A DNA stretch of 64,000 nt from Vulcanimicrobiota bacterium (GCA_963820825.1 CAWGBN010000006.1:32001-96000); one strand, 5' to 3'. Counted from the stretch's first letter, positions 39,599-49,406 are shown. Notes: generated from the letters alone by a model not told the origin. Made by a program: numbers and translations.

Positions 39599-41090
39599 CC
39601 ATTCCTTTCATGGCGCGCGTTCGCACTTTTGGGAAGAGGCGCGCCGCACAGAACGGCATGCGCACCGGATCGTTCCCCGCGCCGGCGACGTGCACGCAGC
39701 ATTGTTCGAGCCGTTCGGTAATGAGGGTATCGGCGTCCATGAAGTGCTTGATCGTCACGCGTTTGACCCGCTCGCCGACAAAGCGCGCCGTCGCATCCTT
39801 CGCAAACGCCATCCGGATGAGCTCGCCGATGCCCCCGAAGTCGCACGCGTCGCAGAGCGTGCGCAGGTGCTTCGCGAGCTCCGGGCGCGAGAGCGTCATC
39901 GTCTCCGACATGACGCTCATCAGGCCGTCGCGCACGCGCTCGAGCGTCTCGGTGAAGGCGATCTGGTTTGCGAAGACGCTCAAATGCTCGCGTAGCGCGG
40001 CTTCTCCGACGACCGACGCGAGCCCGACGAACCGCCCATGACGGCCGCGCAGGAAGTAGCCGATCGAGCAGCAGTCGGGATGGCTGCACGGTAGGGCGAT
40101 CAGATCGTGCGTACCGACGCCGTAGCGCGACTGCGCGGCGATGCGCGCGAGAACGCCGGTCGTCGTGATCCGCGACATCGGATCGACTCCCGGTGCGCGG
40201 CCCGAAGCAAAGATCGGCTGAAACATGACGCCGCCTACGTACGGCGTCTCGAATGCCGTGTCGAGCACCTCGCCGATCTGATCGGCGTTCTCTGGAACGA
40301 CGGTCATGACGAGCGTGGTAAAGACCCGCGCCCCACTCAGCCGCGCAACCGCGCGGGATTTTACCTCGCGCAGGTCGACCCCGCGCAGGGTTGCGTGCGT
40401 TGCCGCACGCTGCCCGTCGTACTGCAGATAGACCTCAACCCGCTCGCGCAGTCCGCGGAGAGAGTCGAGCAAGCCGTCTTCGTTTGCGAGACGCACGCCG
40501 TTGGTGTTGAGCAGAATGCGGGTGATGGGAAGCGCGCAGAGCCGATCGATCAGTTCGCGAATCTGCGGATGCACGGTCGGTTCGCCGCCCGAGAGCATGA
40601 CGACGTCGAGGCGCCCGGCTTCGCGTTCGATCGCCGTCTCGACCGCATGCACGGCCGATTCCAGTGGAAGATAGTGGCCGAGCGCCGGACTCGAGCTCGT
40701 GTAACATGCCGGACAGGTCAGATTGCACTGTGTCGTCAGATCGAGCAAGTAAATACACGAGTGCTGGAGGTGCCCCGGCCCGAGCCCGTGCTCGTAACCG
40801 GTCGGCACCGGATAGAGCTCGTTCGTATCGGGATTGATGATCTTGGTCGGAACCCGCCACTGCTGCAGGTAACGCCAGAGCGATGCGTCCTCTTCGTAGA
40901 GCGACCAAACCTCGCCGTGACCGCGCCGGCACCAACGCCGCAGGTAGACCGCGCCGTCCCGTTCGACGAGATGACCGTCGCAGAAATCGTCCGGATACTG
41001 CGGATCGAATCCGTCGTGCTCCGAAAAGCAGCGCGGGCAGACCGCACGCACGCTCTTGAGAACCGTGTAGTCGTAAACGCCGAGGGGCAT
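39561..41090 (-). CDS. Radical SAM protein, MJ0619/Tes (tetraether synthase)-like
   Basis: CNLTCPAC radical SAM motif, SGGEPTVHP, LNTNG, N-terminal CPRC...CRRGH, PCSHPDC, C-terminal RLEQCCVH...PFC. Confidence 0.85.
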   Translation of the reverse strand: MPLGVYDYTVLKSVRAVCPRCFSEHDGFDPQYPDDFCDGHLVERDGAVYLRRWCRRGHGEVWSLYEEDASLWRYLQQWRVPTKIINPDTNELYPVPTGYEHGLGPGHLQHSCIYLLDLTTQCNLTCPACYTSSSPALGHYLPLESAVHAVETAIEREAGRLDVVMLSGGEPTVHPQIRELIDRLCALPITRILLNTNGVRLANEDGLLDSLRGLRERVEVYLQYDGQRAATHATLRGVDLREVKSRAVARLSGARVFTTLVMTVVPENADQIGEVLDTAFETPYVGGVMFQPIFASGRAPGVDPMSRITTTGVLARIAAQSRYGVGTHDLIALPCSHPDCCSIGYFLRGRHGRFVGLASVVGEAALREHLSVFANQIAFTETLERVRDGLMSVMSETMTLSRPELAKHLRTLCDACDFGGIGELIRMAFAKDATARFVGERVKRVTIKHFMDADTLITERLEQCCVHVAGAGNDPVRMPFCAARLFPKVRTRAMKGMVARGELDQSPAR

Positions 41091-41401
41091 CAGTGCATGT
41101 TTCCGAGGCCGCCGATGATGGCGTTGCAGAGCGCCGTGAGTCCCAAGAGTCCGGCCGCCGATCCGGTGACCAAGCCGCTCATGAAGTCGATCCGCCTTCG
41201 CGCGAGCGCAACGCCCCAGACTCCCAGTGCAAACCCGCCGACGTAGATGACGGCAAAGCCGTAGGCCGCGTTTGAAGTGAATCGCTCGCCGATCGTCGCC
41301 GCGAGGAGAACCGCGAGCGGCATTACGACGAAGCCGCCGACCGCGATTCCCACCATCAGCCCTACGAAGAACTGACCGTGGAGAGGTGTCTTCGCGGCCA
41401 C
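41090..41401 (-). CDS. Small three-TM membrane protein ending GLTALC-NAIIGGLGNMH
   Basis: Hydrophobic 103-aa frame; TGATG overlap with the radical SAM start; start approximate. Confidence 0.75.
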   Translation of the reverse strand: MAAKTPLHGQFFVGLMVGIAVGGFVVMPLAVLLAATIGERFTSNAAYGFAVIYVGGFALGVWGVALARRRIDFMSGLVTGSAAGLLGLTALCNAIIGGLGNMH

Positions 41402-42060
41402 AGTTGCGTCAGCTTGAATCCGAAGAAGAAGAGGCCCCCGATGCAGAGCACTTGTGCGAGCGTCAGGCCGAGCGGCGTCGCCGGCGCGACGCGAAAGAAC
41501 TCGACCGCGAAGCGATCGGCGCAAAAGAGCACTCCGCCGAAGTAGAAGAGGCCGTTCTCGGGGAGCACTCTTTTCGATTCGAGTGCCGCGAGCGCGGCAA
41601 AGGCGATCGCCGCCGCCGCCGCGAGATAGAGTTGCGCGGGATGGCGCCACGCGCCATGATCGTGCACCGCCCACGCGACGGAGGCGGCTCTGCCGTAACA
41701 GCAGCCGCCGATGAAACACCCGATTCGTCCGATCGCCTCGCCCGCCGGAATCGCGAGCGCGAAGAGATCGCCGGTGGGGCGCGCGATGCCCAAATGCCGC
41801 TTCATCGCGACGACCGCGAGCCACCCGCCGAGAATCCCGCCTTCGATCGTCTTCCCGGGGAGACCGGTTGCGAGCAGCTGCAGCAGGTTGGCACCGGCGA
41901 GCCCGCCGATCAGTCCCGCCGCCATGATCTGCGCCGCGACGTCCCCGGCCAATCCGCGGCGCCGCGCCATCTGCCAGAAGACGAACGCCGCGGTCGCATA
42001 TGCGGCAACGTACAGCGGCGCCGCAAGGAGCCAGCGTGCGTGCCCGTCGAGCGAATCCAT
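41362..42060 (-). CDS. Prolipoprotein diacylglyceryl transferase (Lgt)-family protein, divergent
   Basis: GKTIEGGILGG, AIGRIGCFIGGCCYG, HPAQLY, RFAVEFFR, GLTLAQ. Confidence 0.85.
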   Translation of the reverse strand: MDSLDGHARWLLAAPLYVAAYATAAFVFWQMARRRGLAGDVAAQIMAAGLIGGLAGANLLQLLATGLPGKTIEGGILGGWLAVVAMKRHLGIARPTGDLFALAIPAGEAIGRIGCFIGGCCYGRAASVAWAVHDHGAWRHPAQLYLAAAAAIAFAALAALESKRVLPENGLFYFGGVLFCADRFAVEFFRVAPATPLGLTLAQVLCIGGLFFFGFKLTQLWPRRHLSTVSSS

Positions 42061-42103
42061 TACCTACCGCCACTTCTGCCAGGCGGGTCACCCGCCTGCG
42101 CGA

Positions 42104-43253
42104 ATGGGACTAGCCGTGCAGATTCTGCGCATCTCGCTGCGCGCGCTGCGTCATAACGCCGCGCTGCTGCGCGATCTCGTCGGCCCGCAACGCGCCGCCT
42201 TCGTCGTGAAGGGGAATGCGTACGGTCACGGATTGCTCCCGGTAGCGCGCGCGATCGAACCGTTTGCGACGCGTCTCTGCGTCTATACGATCGAAGAAGC
42301 GCTCGCGCTGCGAGCCGGCGGCATCGCGGCCGCACTGCTCGTGCTCGGGCCGATTCCGCCGGAGGCGCTCGACGACGCACTCGCGGCGAACGTTGAGGTC
42401 GTGCTCTGGAACGCCGGCGAGTTCGCGCGCCGGCTCGGCGCGAGCGCGCGCAAGCGCGAGACGAGCGCCGCGGTGCACGTCAAGGTCAACACCGATCTCA
42501 ATCGGCTCGGCTTCGAGCCGCATCAACTCGCCGATGCGCTCGACGCGCTCGCGCGCATGCCGGAGATCGAGATCGCCGGCGTCTTTTCGCATCTCGCCGC
42601 GGCCGAAGAACTCGACTCGCCGTATACGATGTTCCAGCTCGGCGCTTTCGAGCGCGCGCTGGCGCAGGCGAGACTCGTTCTCGAGCGGATCGGGCGAGCG
42701 CCGCTGCGCCACATCGCCGCGTCCGCCGCCGCCATGCTCTGGCCGCAGACGCGCCTCGACTTGGTTCGCTTCGGCATCGCGCTCTACGGTCTGATGCCCT
42801 CGCCGCAGACGCGCGAAGCGTTGGGATCCGCGGCGCCCGACCTGCGGCCCGCACTCTCGTACCGTTCGCAGCTCGTCGTAACGCGTACGATCGCGGCCGG
42901 AGCCTCGGTCGGGTACGGCCGCACCTTTCACGCACCGCGCGAGATGCGCATCGGCGTCGTTCCGGCCGGCTATGCCGACGGCGTGCCTCGCGCACTCTCC
43001 AATCGCGGCAGCGTTCATCGTCGACGGTGCGCTCTGCCCGATCGTCGGGCGCGTTGCGATGAACATGACCGAGATAGACCTCACCGGCGCGCCCCGCGCG
43101 CGCCCCGGTTCGGAGGTCACGCTCATCGGATGCGACGGCGACGCGGCGGTCCGCGCCGACGACTGGGCGGCGTGGACCGAGAGCATCAACTACGAAATCG
43201 TTGCGCGCTTGCCGGGCGAACTGCGGCGCGAATACGAAGAGGCGATCGGTTAG
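42104..43253 (+). CDS. alr: Alanine racemase, frameshift near 43010
   Basis: VVKGNAYGHG, HVKVNT, FSHLA, VGYG, GYADG, then GRVAMN and INYEIV in another frame. Confidence 0.93.
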
Positions 43254-43970
43254 GCGACGGCGGCGATCGCTTCCTCGAGCTCGATCGTGCCGTTATAAAG
43301 CGCGCTTCCGACGATGCACGAGTCCACGGTAACCGGAACCAGTTGCGTGAGCTCGCGCAGGTCGGCAATATTGCGCGCGCCGCCGCTTGCGGTGACCTTC
43401 ACCTCGGCGGCGTTGGCGACGGCGTTGAGCGCCTCGATGTCGTAGCCTTCACCCATTCCGTCGCGCCGGATCTCGGTAAAGATGATCCGGGAGACGCCCC
43501 ACTGGGCGACGCGCCGCACGAGCGCGTCGCGATCGATCGGAGTGCGCTCTTGCCAGCCGTGCGTCGCGACCTGCGTGCCGCGCGCGTCGATGCCGGCGAT
43601 GACTCTGCCGGGAAATCGGTTGATGATATGGCGCGCAAGCCGTTCGTCCTCAACGAGCAGCGTTCCGATGATAATCTCCGAAGCGCCCGCGGCAAAGGCG
43701 TCCTCGGCGTGCTTGAGCGCGCGCAGGCCTCCGCCGGTCTGCACCGGCACGTCGACCGCCTCGCAGATGCGCGCGACCGCGGCGAGATTCTCGCCCGAAC
43801 CAAAGGCTGCGTCGAGATCGATCACGTGCAGCCGTCGCGCGCCCGCATCGACGAAGGCTTTCGCTCGTTCGACCGGATCGTCGCCATACGCCGACCTCGG
43901 TCGTCGGATCGCCTTGCTTCATGCGGACGCATTTGCCGCCGCGCAAGTCGATCGCCGGAACGACGAGCAT
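43250..43970 (-). CDS. hisA: ProFAR isomerase, frameshift near 43891
   Basis: VPAIDLRGGKCVR, HVIDLDAA, QTGGGLR, VATHGW, ASGG, IVGSALY. Confidence 0.92.
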
Positions 43971-43981
43971 TTAGTCGGCCG

Positions 43982-45151
43982 TCATCCGCGCGCGCCGTTC
44001 GTCGAACGCTGCTCGATCGGAACGTACGGTCCGGCCGCCGGACCTTCGTAGGTCGCTTGCGGGCGAATGAGCCGATTGTCGGCGAGCTGCTCGAGAATGT
44101 GACCGGTCCATCCGGCGATCCGGCCGCAGGCGAAGAGACAGGTAAACTCGTCGCCCGGAATTCCGAGATCGGCGAGGACCGGTGCCGTGTAGAAGTCGAC
44201 GTTCGCGTAGATCGTATTGCCGGGTTTCTTCTCTTGGAGAACCTTGCGGCTCGCCTCTTCGACGCCATGCGCCGTTTCGTACCAGCGATCGCCGCCGCCG
44301 ACGTGTTCGGCGAGTTCCTTCGCCATCGCCTCGAGATGACGGGCGCGCGGATCGCGCACCTTGTATTCGCGATGACCCATTCCCATGATGCGTTTCCCGC
44401 GATCGAGCAGGTCGCGCACGTACGGCTCGGCGTTCTCGGGCGACTTCACCTCGGTGAACGTGCGAAACGCCGCGGTCGCCGCGCCGCCGTGCAGATCGCC
44501 CTGCAGCGTTGCCAGCGCGGCGGTGACCGATGCATAGATGTCGGCGCGAGTCGAGGCGGCGACGCGCGCGGCAAAGGTCGATGCGTTATACGAGTGATCG
44601 GCGAGCAGCACGAAGTACGTGTCGAGCGCGTCTTCTTCAATTGCGTGCGGCACTTTGCCGCTTCGCATGTAGAGAAAGTTGCCGGCCTGCGAGAGGTCCG
44701 AACGCGGCGCGACGGGCTCGAGCTCGCGGCGAATCCGATCCCAGGCCGCGACGATCGTCGGCAGCTTCGCGATCAGCTCGATCGCGGTATGCACGTCGGA
44801 ACGGTGCTCGCCCTGCGCGTTGACCGGAGAGAAGAGTCCCAGACCGCTGACGATCGTGCGCAGCACGTCCATCGGCCAGGCCGTCTTCGGAACGTTCTGC
44901 ATCGCGTTGACGAGCGGCTCGGGAAGGGCACGGCACGACGCCAGCTCGCGCTTGAGCACCTCGAGTTGGTGGCGGTTCGGCAGGCTGCCGTAGAGCAGCA
45001 GGTGGACGATCTCTTCAAACGTCGCGTTCGGAGCGAGATCGTCGATGTCGTAACCACGGTAGGTAAGGCGGCCGAGCGTCCCTTCGACGTTACTAAGCGC
45101 GGTGGTCCCGACGACGACCCCTTCGAGACCACGATCGACAACGGTAGGCAA
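43982..45151 (-). CDS. gltA: Citrate synthase / methylcitrate synthase family
   Basis: GLEGVV, LTYRGY, DHSYNASTF, LHGGA, MGMGHREYK.DPR, NVDFY; GGAGG RBS before TTG. Confidence 0.88.
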   Translation of the reverse strand: MPTVVDRGLEGVVVGTTALSNVEGTLGRLTYRGYDIDDLAPNATFEEIVHLLLYGSLPNRHQLEVLKRELASCRALPEPLVNAMQNVPKTAWPMDVLRTIVSGLGLFSPVNAQGEHRSDVHTAIELIAKLPTIVAAWDRIRRELEPVAPRSDLSQAGNFLYMRSGKVPHAIEEDALDTYFVLLADHSYNASTFAARVAASTRADIYASVTAALATLQGDLHGGAATAAFRTFTEVKSPENAEPYVRDLLDRGKRIMGMGHREYKVRDPRARHLEAMAKELAEHVGGGDRWYETAHGVEEASRKVLQEKKPGNTIYANVDFYTAPVLADLGIPGDEFTCLFACGRIAGWTGHILEQLADNRLIRPQATYEGPAAGPYVPIEQRSTNGARG

Positions 45152-45290
45152 GGATTTCCTCCATAGACGGCAAGGTATAACGGCAAGGCATAACGGTCGG
45201 GGTTTTCCCCGGCGGCAAAGCTTCGACTCCTCGGAGAGTCGGCCTGTGACGAGAGGCATCGGCGTGCCGGCTGGTTGAATTGGCACTCCC

Positions 45291-45725
45291 GTGGACCCAC
45301 TCGACCTGACGAAACGCCCCCCGCGCAGCCCGCGCGCGCTCTTACCCGGGCTCGATCTGCTCATGGCCGCCCGGACGGTCGACAAAATCCGCGCCACGCT
45401 TCCCGGCGGGAATATCGGCGAGTATCAGATCACCGGCTTCAGCTCGAGTCTGCTCAACGCGCTCGGAATCGTCGAGAGCGCCTTACGTGCCGCGGTCGCG
45501 CGTGCCGCATCGGACGCCGAGATCGGAGGCTGGATTCGAGAGCACAGCGACCCCAGCCGTTACCCGGAGATCAACGCTAAACAAGAAGGACGAACGATCG
45601 GCGAGCGCTTGGACGATCCCACGTTCGTCGCACGTTATCCGCTCGCTCGCCGCCTTCCACCCGAAGCCTCCCGGCTCGATCTGCTCATCGCCGACGATGC
45701 GGCGGCCTTCGAAGAGCGCGCCTAG
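45291..45725 (+). CDS. DUF5069-domain protein
   Basis: LDLTKRPPRSPR...ARTVDKIRA...GEY pattern. Confidence 0.75.
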   Translation: MDPLDLTKRPPRSPRALLPGLDLLMAARTVDKIRATLPGGNIGEYQITGFSSSLLNALGIVESALRAAVARAASDAEIGGWIREHSDPSRYPEINAKQEGRTIGERLDDPTFVARYPLARRLPPEASRLDLLIADDAAAFEERA

Positions 45726-46132
45726 CCGCCGTCCCCGACGACCTCTTCGGCCGAGACGGTCGACCGCCAGCAAATCTGCCAACGCTCGCCCTCGCGACGA
45801 AAGACGTACGTATCGAAGCCGCGCTCGCTGCCGCTGCGTCCACCGAACTCGTAGCGCATGCGCCACGGCATCGTCGCAACCGCAACGTCGCCGTAGGTAT
45901 CGACTTCGGGGTCGTCGATGCTCACCTCGAGAACCGTCGCGCTGCGGATGAAGTCGCCGTAGCTGGCCGCAACCGCCGCGCGCCCGCGCGCGACGCGCGC
46001 GAGACTCGGCGCTACGACGATCGCATCCTCGGTAAAATGCGGCGCGACGAGCTCGGCGATCGCTTCGGGTTCGACCTCTCGCCAAATCCGGTTGACTTCG
46101 GCCAGAACGCCGACGGGATCAAGCGACGGCAT
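45722..46132 (-). CDS. NTF2-like (DUF4440/SnoaL) protein
   Basis: HFTEDAIVV, RGRAAV, YGDVAV, DTYVFRREGERWQI. Confidence 0.8.
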   Translation of the reverse strand: MPSLDPVGVLAEVNRIWREVEPEAIAELVAPHFTEDAIVVAPSLARVARGRAAVAASYGDFIRSATVLEVSIDDPEVDTYGDVAVATMPWRMRYEFGGRSGSERGFDTYVFRREGERWQICWRSTVSAEEVVGDGG

Positions 46133-47072
46133 CGCGCAGGTCGGCACGAGCGCGCGCGTAGCCGACGATCCGGTCGATCAACGATTCGAACGAGATGCCG
46201 ACCGCCGCACAGGCATCGGGAACGAGGCTCACCGGCGTCAAGCCGGGGAGAGAGTTGATCTCCAGGAGATGCGGACGCTGATCGGACGTGACGATAAAGT
46301 CGCTTCGCGAGTAATCGCGCAGCCCCAGCAGACGATGCGCAGAGAGCGCGAGCATCTGCAGGCGTGCGGCGAGATCTTCGTCGATCGGCGCCGGGACGAC
46401 GTGCGTGCTGCCGCCGGGCTCGTACTTGGCATCGTAACTGTAGAAGCCGTCGCGATTGGCGACGATCTCGACGATCGGCAGCGCCTCTTCGCCGAGCACC
46501 GCACAGGTAAACTCCCGGCCCTCCAGATACTCCTCGGCGAGAATCTGCGAGTAATTTTTCGAGGCCTCGAGCATCGCACTCGTCCACTCTTCGTGCGTGC
46601 GAACGATCGCGACGCCGGCCGAGGAGCCCTCGAAGCGCGGCTTGACGACGAGCGGAAGGTCGAGCGAACCCGGCAGCAGCGGCAGGGTCCCGCCGCTCAG
46701 ATCGAAGAGATCCCAAACCGGCGTCGGCAGCCCCTCCGCCGCGAGCAGTTTCTTGGTGAGATGCTTGTCCATCGAGAGTGCCGCCGCTTCCAGCCCGCTG
46801 CCGGTATACGGAATCGAGAGATACTCGAGCAATGCTTGAACGTGGCCGTCCTCGCCGCCAGGTCCGTGCAGCGCGATGAAGACGATGTCGGGCTTGAGCT
46901 GACGAACGGCGTCGAGAAAGCGCTCGTCGTAATCGAGCGATTGCGCGTCATACCCAAGCGAGTTGAGCGCGCGCACGACTTCGGAGCCCGAACGGATCGA
47001 GATCTCTCGCTCCGCGCTACTGCCGCCCATCACGACGGCGACGCGCTCTTTGCTGCGGGTATTACGTTGCAT
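46119..47072 (-). CDS. ddl: D-alanine--D-alanine ligase
   Basis: MGGSSAEREIS, LHGPGGEDG, MDK, EGSS, YSYDAKY, EINSLPG. Confidence 0.96.
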   Translation of the reverse strand: MQRNTRSKERVAVVMGGSSAEREISIRSGSEVVRALNSLGYDAQSLDYDERFLDAVRQLKPDIVFIALHGPGGEDGHVQALLEYLSIPYTGSGLEAAALSMDKHLTKKLLAAEGLPTPVWDLFDLSGGTLPLLPGSLDLPLVVKPRFEGSSAGVAIVRTHEEWTSAMLEASKNYSQILAEEYLEGREFTCAVLGEEALPIVEIVANRDGFYSYDAKYEPGGSTHVVPAPIDEDLAARLQMLALSAHRLLGLRDYSRSDFIVTSDQRPHLLEINSLPGLTPVSLVPDACAAVGISFESLIDRIVGYARARADLRDAVA

Positions 47073-48018
47073 CGATGAAAACTCCAACCAAGTGCACTTC
47101 GAGCTGTAAATCGACGTTCGAGCGGTCGCGCACCGCCCGGCGTACGCGTGCGAGCAGCGTTGCGACGTCTCGTGCCGTCGCTCCGCCGAGGTTATTGATG
47201 AAGTTGGCGTGCAGCTTCGAAACTTCCGCTCCGCCTTCGCGCCATCCCTTGGCCCCCGCATCTTCGATCAACCGTGCCGCCGCCGCGCCGGGCGGGTTGC
47301 GAAAGCAGGAGCCTGCGTTGGGCAGCGCGATCGGCTGCGTCTTCTTGCGCCGGATGAGGCGCGTCTGCATCTCGCTGCGGACGTCGCGCGCGCTCGAGCC
47401 GGCGAAGTCGAGCACGACCCGCGAGACGACGACGTCGCGGTCGAGCGTCGAGTGGCGATAGAGGTACTGCACCCCGGCGGCGTGCGGCTCCGGCCGCCCC
47501 GGCGACTGCACCCACACCTCGCGAACGAACTCTCCGATCTCCCGATCGGTGCCGGCATTCATTCGCAACGATCCGCCGATCGTTCCGGGAATCCCGGCCA
47601 GCGAACCGATACCCTCGGCGCCGGCCGTCGCCGCCTTTGCCGTCACGAGTGCCATGTCGGCCGATCCGCCGGCCTCGACGACGACGCGCTCGCCCTCGTT
47701 ACGGACGTTCACCGCCGCAAAATCTCCGGCGAGCCGGATGACGACCCCGCGAACGCCGCCGTCGCCGACGAGCACGTTGCTCCCGGCGCCGACGATCCAC
47801 CACGGCATCCGCCGGCGCAGGCAGAAGCGCATCAGCCGCGCCAGCTCCGTCTCGTCCTGCACGGCTGCGAACGCGTCGGCCGGACCGCCGATCTTCCACG
47901 AAGTATACGGCGCGAGCGGTTCGTCGAAGCGAACCCGCGACCCAAAGATCTCCCGCAGCGATTCGCGATCCGCATCGTCGAGCAGCGAGCGCAGCGCTCG
48001 CGCGGTGGTGACGCTCAC
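47062..48018 (-). CDS. murB: UDP-N-acetylmuramate dehydrogenase
   Basis: TSWKIGGPA, GSNVLV, GIPGTIGG, MNAG, NAGSCFRNP, HANF. Confidence 0.95.
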   Translation of the reverse strand: MSVTTARALRSLLDDADRESLREIFGSRVRFDEPLAPYTSWKIGGPADAFAAVQDETELARLMRFCLRRRMPWWIVGAGSNVLVGDGGVRGVVIRLAGDFAAVNVRNEGERVVVEAGGSADMALVTAKAATAGAEGIGSLAGIPGTIGGSLRMNAGTDREIGEFVREVWVQSPGRPEPHAAGVQYLYRHSTLDRDVVVSRVVLDFAGSSARDVRSEMQTRLIRRKKTQPIALPNAGSCFRNPPGAAAARLIEDAGAKGWREGGAEVSKLHANFINNLGGATARDVATLLARVRRAVRDRSNVDLQLEVHLVGVFIDAT

Positions 48019-49406
48019 GCGCGCAGCGGCGTGACGCGCGCTTCGACCGGCGTGGAGAAGCGTTGCGCCAATCGCACCGCGACGTCGGTAATGTCGCCGG
48101 CACCGAGCATCAGCACCAGCGCGCCGGCGGGAGCCTCCTCATAGAGTCTTCGCTCGAGCTCGGCGACCGATTCGGCATACTCGACTCTCGCGCCGAGGGC
48201 CGCGAGCGACTCGCCGATCGAACGTTCGCTCACGCCCGGGATCGCGGGTTCCGACGCGGCGTAGACCGGCGCGAGATAGATGCTGTCGGCGCCGCGCAGC
48301 GCCGCGGCGAACTCCCGCGCCAAGAAAGCGGTTCGCGTATATCGGTGCGGCTGGAATGCGACGATCAGCTCGCCGGGATGGCAGCGGCGCGCAGCGGCGA
48401 TCGTGGCACTGACCGCGGTTGGATGGTGGGCGTAATCGTCGACGATGGTAACGCGCTCGTTCGCAAGCAGAATCTCGAAGCGGCGGCGCACGCCGCGAAA
48501 CTCGCGCAGGGCCGTCGCGATCGCGGAGAAGGGCACGCCGAGCTCGAGGCCGATCGCGATCGCGGCGAGAGCGTTCTGCGCGTTCATCGCGCCCGGCACG
48601 CGAAGCTCGATCCGTCCCAGCGTTCGATCGCCCGCGAGCAGATCGAACGCGGAGCCGAAACCGGCGAAGGTAAGATTGACGGCGCGCAGCGACGCGGATG
48701 GGTCGAGTCCAAAGGTGACGATTCGCGCGCGCAGATCGTGCGCGGTGAGCGAAGCGGAGAGCGAGTTGTCGGCGCCGATCACCGCGAGACCGCGCTCGGG
48801 GAGCTTCGCGAGAAACTCCGCGAAGGCGCGCGCCAGCGCCGGCAGCTCGTCGTCGCTGGCGAGGTGATCGTTCTCGAGATTCGTGACGACGGCCATCGCC
48901 GGTTCGAGCAGCGCAAAGGATCCATCCGATTCGTCGGCTTCGGTAACGAACCAGGGCGAGGTTCCGTCGTGGGCGTTGCTTCCAAGCGAGACATCGATGC
49001 CGCCGAGCACGAGACTCGCATCGATCCCGCCGTGACGCAAGACCGCGTGCGTCATCGCCGTCGTGGTCGTCTTACCGTGCGTTCCGCAGACGGCGATCCC
49101 GTTTCGCCCGGCGAGCAGACGTGCGAGCATCTCTCCGCGATGTAAGATCGGAGTGCCGAGTCGCGCCGCCGCCGCGCACTCGGGATTGCGGCGGTCGATC
49201 GCCGAGCTGACGACGACGGTGCTCGCGGCGCGCACGTTGCGCGCGTGGTGTCCGATCGTAATCCGGGCACCCTCGGCGCGCAACCGCTGCAGAAGCGGTG
49301 TCTCGCCGAGATCCGAGCCGGAGACGCTCTCACCGCGTGCCAGCAGAATGCGGGCGATCGCGCTCATCCCGATGCCGCCGATGCCGACGAAGTGGTAGCT
49401 CGTCAC
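48015..49406 (-). CDS. murC: UDP-N-acetylmuramate--L-alanine ligase
   Basis: HFVGIGGIGMS, GTHGKTTT, EADESDGS, DDYAHHP, FQPHRYTRT. Confidence 0.97.
   Translation of the reverse strand: MTSYHFVGIGGIGMSAIARILLARGESVSGSDLGETPLLQRLRAEGARITIGHHARNVRAASTVVVSSAIDRRNPECAAAARLGTPILHRGEMLARLLAGRNGIAVCGTHGKTTTTAMTHAVLRHGGIDASLVLGGIDVSLGSNAHDGTSPWFVTEADESDGSFALLEPAMAVVTNLENDHLASDDELPALARAFAEFLAKLPERGLAVIGADNSLSASLTAHDLRARIVTFGLDPSASLRAVNLTFAGFGSAFDLLAGDRTLGRIELRVPGAMNAQNALAAIAIGLELGVPFSAIATALREFRGVRRRFEILLANERVTIVDDYAHHPTAVSATIAAARRCHPGELIVAFQPHRYTRTAFLAREFAAALRGADSIYLAPVYAASEPAIPGVSERSIGESLAALGARVEYAESVAELERRLYEEAPAGALVLMLGAGDITDVAVRLAQRFSTPVEARVTPLRA

Noticed and set aside
41711..45166. 1151-aa ORF containing alanine racemase
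   Set aside because: Artefact of the alr frameshift running into the antisense strand of hisA and gltA; not a real fusion.
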